Positions 57,491 through 64,000 of a stretch of 64,000 bases of DNA are shown here, piece by piece. The translations under genes were made by a program, and so were the position numbers. Under the pieces are notes generated by a model that worked only from the letters and a program-made list of their open reading frames with translations, did no database searches and was not told where the DNA came from. The stretch comes from a virus (Duplodnaviria; Caudoviricetes): IMG/VR virus record IMGVR_UViG_3300044611_001018. One strand, 5' to 3'. Positions within the stretch are counted from its first letter, which is position 1. The number at the start of each line of letters is the position of its first letter.

Positions 57491-58090
57491 ATGAACATAG
57501 ATGAATATCTTTTAAGTCTAGGATATGACGATAAAGAGACCTTATACGAACCTGGTAAGAAGTTATCTATAAAAATTCCATTTGATTTTAATGGTAAAAG
57601 AATTAATATCTGCCCATACATTGTTCCATATTATAGCAAAAAAAGTTACATAGCAGCAGAATATAATTACTCAGTTTACTACGACAATCCAGAAGTAACC
57701 AAACAAAAAATTCTAAATTTAATCAAATACATTAAATATCCAGAACCAGGTAGAGTTGGTGATATTGGATGGGAAGCAGAATATCTTGTAGACCCCAGAG
57801 AATTTACTGCTGAAGAAAGAGCACGTATTGTTGTATCTAGTTTTAAAAAATTTAGAACCTTAATTTTAAAAGGTGAATGGTTGGACGGAATCAGAGCACA
57901 ACCAGGTGATATTGTAGCATCTAAACCAATAGGAATTAAATTTGATATGGGATTTAATGAAGAATCGGAAAAAGAAGGAACTCTCCAAAGAAGCATACTT
58001 TCAAAAAAAGTATTCAGGTTTGGAGAGTTAAAAGAAGATGGAATGCAATATTCAATTATTGGAGAAGATTTAGATATGCATCCTATCTAA
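57491..58090 (+). CDS. Hypothetical protein
   Basis: About 199-aa ORF opposite to the tRNA array; ATG at 57491. Confidence 0.65.
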   Translation: MNIDEYLLSLGYDDKETLYEPGKKLSIKIPFDFNGKRINICPYIVPYYSKKSYIAAEYNYSVYYDNPEVTKQKILNLIKYIKYPEPGRVGDIGWEAEYLVDPREFTAEERARIVVSSFKKFRTLILKGEWLDGIRAQPGDIVASKPIGIKFDMGFNEESEKEGTLQRSILSKKVFRFGELKEDGMQYSIIGEDLDMHPI

Positions 58091-58334
58091 CTTCAAAGTC
58101 CAACTTACGGACTTTCCTTTGCCTTCTACTTTCTTGCCAAGAAATATCATCAGAAGATAAGACTCCAATATTTTTATTTGGGGTCTTAGTACTTTCAATA
58201 ATAATGACTTGACTAAGGTCATTTGCAAAAATAGTATCATTCTTAATAGATGTCATATTAGGACATCCACAAGAAATAGTTTTTGCAACATGAGCTTGCA
58301 GTTCTTTATTGCAAGATTTACAACGTATTAACAT
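58083..58334 (-). CDS. Small Cys-containing hypothetical protein
   Basis: RCKSC...CGCPN. Confidence 0.7.
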   Translation of the reverse strand: MLIRCKSCNKELQAHVAKTISCGCPNMTSIKNDTIFANDLSQVIIIESTKTPNKNIGVLSSDDISWQESRRQRKVRKLDFEVR

Positions 58335-58361
58335 TTTATCAAACCATATATTAAATATGTA

Positions 58362-58433
58362 TGGGCGAAGAGGGGATCGAACCCCCGACCGACTGGGTGT
58401 AAACCAGTAGCTCTACCGCTGAGCTATTCGCCC
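58362..58433 (-). tRNA. tRNA-Val(TAC)
   Basis: GGGCGAA/TTCGCCC, TTTACAC loop. Confidence 0.95.
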
Positions 58434-58614
58434 TTAATGAGTAGTGAGTGCCCACCACTCGCGGAAGACACTTTCCGCAAAAGCTTCACTTTCGTGAAGA
58501 GTCAATAGACACGCTATTGACATGTTTTTTGTTACTGGCGGGGGTGATCAAGTCCCCGACCTAAGCGAACTTAGGATTTAGTAAGGAAGACCCAGACATT
58601 TCTAGACCTTCCAA
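58434..58614 (-). ncRNA. manA RNA motif-like multi-hairpin element
   Basis: Fills the Asn-Val spacer: GGAAGGTCTAGA..TCTGGGTCTTCC, CCTAAG..CTTAGG, GTCAATAG..CTATTGAC, CTTCAC-GAAA-GTGAAG; manA RNAs are known beside cyanophage tRNAs. Confidence 0.55.
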
Positions 58615-58686
58615 CTGCCCAGCCTGGGATCGAACCAGGGACCAATCGATTAACAGTCGATAGCTCTACCGCTGAGCTACTAGGCA
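58615..58686 (-). tRNA. tRNA-Asn(GTT)
   Basis: TGCCTAG/CTGGGCA, ATCGA-CTGTTAA-TCGAT. Confidence 0.95.
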
Positions 58687-58757
58687 TTATATTTTTTTAT
58701 TTAATCACCTATAAATGTTATCACACTTATTTTAAATTGTCAAGTAGGTTTTTTTAT

Positions 58758-59456
58758 TTAGAGTAAATCATCAATCTTAACTTTTTGATCAAAGCATAAA
58801 CAATACCTTGGGGTTGACAAAGTATTATAAACCATATGAGTAGTATTTCCCCAAAAAAACATAAATTTATTATTTTCAAAATATTCACTAAATACTCCCT
58901 TTTGAGTATTCAATGCCAAAAATGCATACTCATCTTTAGATGATTGAACGTCTAATCCCCACAAACCCCTAATAGTGATGTAATCATCATCAGAAGGATC
59001 ATTATCTACATGCCAGTCAATTGCTTTACCTGGATAAACAACACTAATACCAACCCTTTGTCTTAAACCAGACTGATAAGAAACATTAGTTAAAGTTGGT
59101 AGATATTCTGCATTATCGCTGTAAATAATATCTCTTTCATAATCTATATGAGCCTTGGTTTTGTAAACATGCTCATAGTAATGTCTATTCTGTTCAATAT
59201 AATTATTATATTCAAGATATAATGCAGCAACTTGCCACCCATCATATGGGTTTGATTTTACAGACGTGTAATAATTATTACCTGCCCAATTTGTCCAAAT
59301 AAGTTTATCCTTATTTTGATTAAACTCTTCAACAATTGATTGATAATTGTCAGAGAGGAGTTTAAGTTCAGGATTTATTTCTTCTAAAGAATAAAATCTT
59401 CCCATAATAGTATGAAATATCAGTAATGGATCTGGTGATATATGTAACATACTCAA
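58758..59456 (-). CDS. Aspartyl/asparaginyl beta-hydroxylase-like oxygenase
   Basis: GWQVAAL, VVYPG..IDWHVD, HMVYN...R; start probably near MGRFYS. Confidence 0.7.
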   Translation of the reverse strand: MSMLHISPDPLLIFHTIMGRFYSLEEINPELKLLSDNYQSIVEEFNQNKDKLIWTNWAGNNYYTSVKSNPYDGWQVAALYLEYNNYIEQNRHYYEHVYKTKAHIDYERDIIYSDNAEYLPTLTNVSYQSGLRQRVGISVVYPGKAIDWHVDNDPSDDDYITIRGLWGLDVQSSKDEYAFLALNTQKGVFSEYFENNKFMFFWGNTTHMVYNTLSTPRYCLCFDQKVKIDDLL

Positions 59457-59466
59457 TTATTAGTTA

Positions 59467-59539
59467 TGGAGAATAGCGGACTCGAACCGCTGACATCCTG
59501 CTTGCAAAGCAGGCGCTCTACCAACTGAGCTAATTCCCC
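59467..59539 (-). tRNA. tRNA-Ala(TGC)
   Basis: GGGGAAT/ATTCTCC with G3-U70, CCTGC-TTTGCAA-GCAGG. Confidence 0.95.
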
Positions 59540-59616
<77 letters not shown>

Positions 59617-59624
59617 ATAAGACA

Positions 59625-59653
59625 ATTATACCAGTGATGGATTTAATTGTCAA
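59625..59653 (-). promoter_or_regulatory. Consensus sigma70 promoter of tRNA-Arg/Ala
   Basis: TTGACA-17-TATAAT. Confidence 0.85.
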
Positions 59654-59655
59654 GG

Positions 59656-59737
59656 TGGGCAGGGAGGGATTTGAACCCCCGTAGGCAGAGCCAGCGGATT
59701 TACAGTCCGCCTCCATTAACCACTCGGACACCTACCC
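59656..59737 (-). tRNA. tRNA-Tyr(GTA)
   Basis: GGGTAGG/CCTGCCC, GCGGA-CTGTAAA-TCCGC, long variable arm. Confidence 0.95.
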
Positions 59738-59825
59738 ATGTGGACACTGACCTGATGGTTACTCTTTCTGCGGAGGGAGGCGTCAGTTTTTTATATCCAA
59801 GCAAGCACCTTGCTGGAGTCCATGT
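59738..59825. ncRNA. Unnamed three-way-junction-like structured element
   Basis: TGGAC/GTCCA closing stem, CTGATG/CGTCAG, CTCTTTC-TGCG-GAGGGAG, TCCAAGCAAG/CTTGCTGGA. Confidence 0.45.
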
Positions 59826-59835
59826 GGTAATGATA

Positions 59836-60246
59836 TCACTGTTTGGGGCAGTCGTCAACCCAGGGAGCACACAATCTCATTTCACCTCCAAGAACTGATT
59901 GGGCATAAGACCCATCTGGTGGTTTCTCTGAGTATCGTGGTTTAGGCATTCTAACCTTTCCATCGTCCCCTGTCAAGCGTTCATACTCTGCAATTGCTGC
60001 ATCAACATCACGCTTAATTCTTCTTTCAAGTTTCTTATCATCCTTAATCACAAACTCATTAAGTATTGTGCCTGGAAAATATTTTCTTTGAATTTCGTCC
60101 AGTAAGTCCCAAAGACCAGTCTCAGAAACTCCTGTGCATTGTGAAAGTGCTGCAATAATAGAAGATAATACTATACCGATTATTGCGTATTGTTTTATGT
60201 CTGGTTTTTTCTTACCAAGATTAAAATTAACCCTCATTACATTCAA
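59836..60246 (-). CDS. Cyanophage-type hypothetical membrane-anchored protein
   Basis: Basic N-terminus plus hydrophobic helix, DEIQRKYFP. Confidence 0.7.
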   Translation of the reverse strand: MNVMRVNFNLGKKKPDIKQYAIIGIVLSSIIAALSQCTGVSETGLWDLLDEIQRKYFPGTILNEFVIKDDKKLERRIKRDVDAAIAEYERLTGDDGKVRMPKPRYSEKPPDGSYAQSVLGGEMRLCAPWVDDCPKQ

Positions 60247-60412
60247 GATATTTTTGTATCACTTCATTATTTTTCTTTTGAACTTTCAAAAGTTCATCAT
60301 AATCCATACCCAAGTAAGAGGCAAAACCTTTTAGATCTTCATGCCCAAAAGTATTTAAATTGGAAGTTATAGATTTGTCTTGTGTCATAACTTTTATTTA
60401 AATTAAATTACT

Positions 60413-60442
60413 AAAAAAGGGAGTTCTGTAGAACTCCCCAAT
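60413..60442 (-). terminator. Intrinsic terminator after the endolysin
   Basis: GGGAGTTCT-AC-AGAACTCCC followed by T6. Confidence 0.85.
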
Positions 60443-60456
60443 ATTTATTCAGTTTG

Positions 60457-61104
60457 TTAAACTTCTACCGTGATCAGTTTAGAAGCATAATCATGAGCAT
60501 ACGAAGTGCGAGCACCATGATGCCCCCAACCAATCCAACTATACGCATAGTCCATGTAACGATTGATGGACTTACCAGGAGTTTTCATCCTGTCCTCAAT
60601 TCGTTGCCATTGAACCTCAGTCGTTAGATAACGAAGTTGCGTGTGAAGTGCTGATGGAGAACCACCATACCTCTTAGCAAAATCACCCAATCCATAATAA
60701 CGATCGGCAGATGTCCATTGAATCAGTCCGTAACCGCGTCCGCAGTTACTCCAACTGGTTCTACTACCACCTTCGCAAATGTTAGGAATAAAAGTTGATT
60801 CCTGACGAATATTGCCCATGATGGTAGCAAGGGCGTTTCTGTCTTTAATACCACGCTCCTGGAAAAATACCAGGGTAGCATTCTCATGTTCATTACACCC
60901 TTTACAAATAAGCCTTTTCTCTTTTGGCTTTGGTAGTGCAACCTCGCGGATTGCTGTCTTCTTTTCATCTACAAGATTCATTTTAATTGTCTCTTCCACT
61001 GGAGGTGGGGGACCTTGCATCTTGTAGTTGACGAATGGCAGTGATGCCGTACTGGTTGTAACCGATGCCAGAAGGGGCAGGGCTACTGTAAAGAAATTTT
61101 GCAT
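60457..61104 (-). CDS. Endolysin-like protein (phage tail lysozyme fold) with N-terminal signal/anchor
   Basis: ATIMGNIRQES, GYGLIQWT, QLRYL; hydrophobic N-terminus. Confidence 0.8.
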   Translation of the reverse strand: MQNFFTVALPLLASVTTSTASLPFVNYKMQGPPPPVEETIKMNLVDEKKTAIREVALPKPKEKRLICKGCNEHENATLVFFQERGIKDRNALATIMGNIRQESTFIPNICEGGSRTSWSNCGRGYGLIQWTSADRYYGLGDFAKRYGGSPSALHTQLRYLTTEVQWQRIEDRMKTPGKSINRYMDYAYSWIGWGHHGARTSYAHDYASKLITVEV

Positions 61105-61264
61105 TTAAATTGATAGAACTCTACATCCGTATAGAAAGGGGGTACACCCTCTTTTCAAAGGGCACTTTCCACGGCTCTAAATGTCACTTCAAGGACTCAT
61201 TATGACAAAACCCACCTTTTGAGTGGGTTCCCTGCATAATAAGTTATTATTTAGATTTTGTCAA
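61105..61264 (-). promoter_or_regulatory. Endolysin promoters and structured 5' leader
   Basis: TTGACA(61264-61259)-17-TATTAT, CTAAATA(61254-61248), hairpin AACCCAC/GTGGGTT and nested stems at 61114-61179. Confidence 0.55.
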
Positions 61265-61322
61265 GAATTCAATTTAAAACAAATACCACCTAAATAACAG
61301 TAGTGTTTACTACTTAAGAAAA

Positions 61323-61784
61323 ATGAAAAGACTTCTTCTAGTTTTTTCGTTATTCTTCATTACTCCTGCAAGTGCTGCTGAAATTACATCAAGAATTACT
61401 GATTCTGTTCAACTAAATGTTCAGGGTGCTGCGGTACAATCAACTCGAATTGGAGCATCTTATTCTGCTTCAGGTACAAATATTCAATCAACCTCCTTTG
61501 GTGGAGTGAATGGTGCTGGAACTTATGATATCAATACAGCAGGTCAAGCATTCAGTTTCTCAGAATCTTTCAATGCTGCTGATACGCCAGTCACCACTCA
61601 GTCGGTCAGTGGTGGAGTTATTGCTTCTCCCAACCTTTATGGGGATTCTGTTACTCAGTTAGCAGGAGACAAAGGTTCTCTCGCTGGTACATTATCACCT
61701 ACTGGTGTTCCTACAGTCACTGCTGGTGGTCCTGGAACCACCGCAACTGCACAACGTAGTATTGAGTTAAGCGTATTCAAATGA
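61323..61784 (+). CDS. Signal-peptide protein, Ser/Thr/Gly-rich
   Basis: MKRLLLVFSLFFITPASA-; late motif CTAAATA at 61290-61296. Confidence 0.75.
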   Translation: MKRLLLVFSLFFITPASAAEITSRITDSVQLNVQGAAVQSTRIGASYSASGTNIQSTSFGGVNGAGTYDINTAGQAFSFSESFNAADTPVTTQSVSGGVIASPNLYGDSVTQLAGDKGSLAGTLSPTGVPTVTAGGPGTTATAQRSIELSVFK

Positions 61785-62146
61785 GACATCTAACTCCCGT
61801 CTTGCTTTTAGCAGCGGGAGTCATTTGTACTCCTGCTATGGCTAATACTGTTGTGCCTAATTTTACTAGAGGTACAATCAACGCAACAACTGAATCAACT
61901 ACAAAAGTTATAGAAACAATTCGCCAAGTTGAATATGCAACTGGCACATCTTATACTGTGACTGGAACTAATATTAACATTCCTGGCACTCCTCAACAAG
62001 GAGCAAACTACAGTATTATGAATCAAGGTGCTCCCTTCCAGTTTAGTGAGACTTATCTCGGTCCTGGAGTGGCAAAGGAAACATGGATAGATCGCACCAC
62101 AGAAACCCAATCAACAACTACATCAATATCAGTCTTTACGCAGTAG
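61781..62146 (+). CDS. Signal-peptide protein, Thr-rich
   Basis: MRHLTPVLLLAAGVICTPAMA-NTVVPNF. Confidence 0.75.
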   Translation: MRHLTPVLLLAAGVICTPAMANTVVPNFTRGTINATTESTTKVIETIRQVEYATGTSYTVTGTNINIPGTPQQGANYSIMNQGAPFQFSETYLGPGVAKETWIDRTTETQSTTTSISVFTQ

Positions 62147-62670
62147 CAACCATTTTAGTATTAACACTTGCAGGTTCTACCAGAAGTAAAGCACAACAAG
62201 CACCTTCTAATACAAATATTGCAGGACCTTCAGCATCTGCTACTGGTAATGTTACAAACCAGGCCGTGCAGGTGTTACAAGGTCCTTATGCAGTCAACAC
62301 TTATGGTGGAGGTGTAAGTTGTCAAGGACCAACCATGAGTTTTTCCCCATTTGTATTGGGAAGTATGAATGGTAGTCAAGACCCATCAACATTCCAATCC
62401 CATAATGGTAACGCTGGTGTCAGTATGGGATTTAACTTCCCTTTGGATGGGGGACTAACAGAACTTTGTAAAGAAAGAGCAAGGTCAGAAATCAAAAGAC
62501 AAAATGCTGAATCAGATAAAGCAAGACTTGATTTTGAATTAGTAAGACTTTTAAAGTGTGGTGAGGCAATCAAGTCTGGTATTACATTTCATCCAGAAAG
62601 TCCCTACCATAAAATCTGTGCCGACGTAGTTGTGAGGTATCCAAATGGATCTCATACCACCAATAAGTAA
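62083..62670 (+). CDS. Exported protein with 4 Cys and amphipathic beta-strands
   Basis: Hydrophobic leader, GVSCQGP, GVSMGFNFPLDG, coiled coil; start overlaps the previous gene by 64 nt. Confidence 0.7.
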   Translation: MDRSHHRNPINNYINISLYAVATILVLTLAGSTRSKAQQAPSNTNIAGPSASATGNVTNQAVQVLQGPYAVNTYGGGVSCQGPTMSFSPFVLGSMNGSQDPSTFQSHNGNAGVSMGFNFPLDGGLTELCKERARSEIKRQNAESDKARLDFELVRLLKCGEAIKSGITFHPESPYHKICADVVVRYPNGSHTTNK

Positions 62671-63514
62671 TGCAAATGGAATTGCCAATATAAAAACTAA
62701 TACCAACGAAGTACCAAAAGTTGGTATTAATGGTCCTAGTGTTATTTCAACAATAGAACCACCAGTTCTTCGTAGTGTAGAAGTTCCTGTTGTTCGTGGA
62801 ATGGCACTTCCAGTATTTGAAATGCCAAATACTTCTATTAAATATCCAATTATTAATGTACCTACACAAGAAGAGTTTGATGCTGCTGTAAGGGCGGATA
62901 AAGAAAAGCAGGCACAAGAAGATGCAGCAAAAAATAGAGGACTTCCAGACTCTACCCCCCCACCTCAACTGCCTCAAGTTACTCAAACCCCTCCCACACA
63001 AACACCTATTGCTGAGATACCAGCGGATAAACCAAAAACAACACCATCTTTTAGTGTTTATGGAGTCGATATTAATTTACCTGACCCTTCTCTTGTTGCT
63101 ACGGCTGGTGCTGTCGCAGTAGTAACCACTGCTGCTACAATGGCATCAACAACAGTTTTAAATGTAGTTAAAAACGCTGCTGAACCATTGATTAGAGAAG
63201 CAACAAAAAACAAATTTAAAATTAAAATTAAACAAGTTAAACCTGTTCTACATTATGTCATGTCAGACGGTGGACATGTTGATATATTTGAATACTCTGC
63301 AGATGGCACCCGCTTAGTAGCGCAGACAGATAACGTAGAGCAGTATATCCGCGACCAAGTAGAGACCAATGCTTACTATGAAATGGACAATAAAATTATT
63401 ATTGATGATGTAATGAAAGATAAATTCACAAAAGAGGGGCAAGAGAGATTTAAAGGTCTCTATGCCCCACCTAAAAAGATTGCTAAGAAGTTATCAGCTC
63501 GACTTTCTTTTTGA
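62645..63514 (+). CDS. Pro-rich membrane-associated protein
   Basis: Pro/Thr-rich linker then LVATAGAVAVVTTAATMAST helix. Confidence 0.7.
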   Translation: MDLIPPISNANGIANIKTNTNEVPKVGINGPSVISTIEPPVLRSVEVPVVRGMALPVFEMPNTSIKYPIINVPTQEEFDAAVRADKEKQAQEDAAKNRGLPDSTPPPQLPQVTQTPPTQTPIAEIPADKPKTTPSFSVYGVDINLPDPSLVATAGAVAVVTTAATMASTTVLNVVKNAAEPLIREATKNKFKIKIKQVKPVLHYVMSDGGHVDIFEYSADGTRLVAQTDNVEQYIRDQVETNAYYEMDNKIIIDDVMKDKFTKEGQERFKGLYAPPKKIAKKLSARLSF

Positions 63515-63910
63515 TAGAAGTAGGTCGAAATCTTTCTTCTTTGTTCCACCATCATATTCCCAAGCATAACCTTCAGTAATCATTTGATTGTTGATGGAAA
63601 TCTCTTCACCATTGACATATAGATGACCAATGATACGACCATACTTTTCGGTACTATCAGGTAGTTCTGTTTTGATTAAAATATCTTTAGCAAATTTTAG
63701 TCTTTCTTTGAGCCAATCTTTAACTTCGAGACCAAGTTTCTTTTCATACGCATCAGTTGTCCTGCTCTCTGGGGTATCGATACCAGCAAGACGAATTCGC
63801 TTAGTAAGGGAGATATCAAAACCCAAATCAATGTCAGCGTCAATAGTGTCGCCATCTACTACCTTGTGAACTGAACGTATTCTATAGACGTAAGGATCTT
63901 TGTCAGCCAT
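63494..63910 (-). CDS. Thermonuclease (SNase-like)
   Basis: VVDGDT, RIRLAGIDTPE, KYGRIIG, NNQMITEGYA. Confidence 0.9.
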   Translation of the reverse strand: MADKDPYVYRIRSVHKVVDGDTIDADIDLGFDISLTKRIRLAGIDTPESRTTDAYEKKLGLEVKDWLKERLKFAKDILIKTELPDSTEKYGRIIGHLYVNGEEISINNQMITEGYAWEYDGGTKKKDFDLLLSKRKSS

Positions 63911-64000
63911 TAGAATGGTAATTTAAACTTCTCAGTATTTAGTTTGGGAATAGGTAGTTTTTCAAATGCCTTATTAACCTGCTTCTCTACAACGGCACCA
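63910..64000 (-). CDS. Partial hypothetical protein (3' end only)
   Basis: ...VEKQVNKAFEKLPIPKLNTEKFKLPF-stop, TAATG overlap with the nuclease start. Confidence 0.55.
   Translation of the reverse strand, partial: GAVVEKQVNKAFEKLPIPKLNTEKFKLPF

Overview
A 64-kb segment of a large T4-like cyanomyovirus (Synechococcus/Cyanobium-type phage). It is mostly minus-strand, gene-dense and AT-rich, with T4-type late promoters (TATAAATA/CTAAATA) and consensus sigma70 promoters. Left to right: (1) tandem glutamine (glnA) riboswitch-like leader before a DUF4278 gene, with a 50-aa ORF nested in the second aptamer; (2) small hypotheticals, speD and a sulfotransferase; (3) an enzyme island with three carbamoyltransferases, a near-complete ADP-heptose pathway (HldE kinase and adenylyltransferase as separate genes, HldD, HAD phosphatase, cupin), a GT9-like transferase, a bilin reductase, glutaredoxin and 2OG-Fe(II) oxygenases; (4) a tail chaperone, three tandem ~10% Cys paralogs and large tail/baseplate-type proteins; (5) metabolic genes gnd, zwf, ptox, talC, psbD, psbA, prx, two hli, petF and a host-type SLH porin; (6) a glycan cluster (GT25, GT4-like, GT6, GT11, gmd, fcl); (7) a dispersed array of 9 tRNAs interleaved with oxygenases, a radical SAM gene and known (wcaG, manA-like) and unnamed structured RNAs; (8) an endolysin with a structured leader, a divergent signal-peptide gene cluster and a thermonuclease. 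All calls are from motif recognition by eye; no searches were run.
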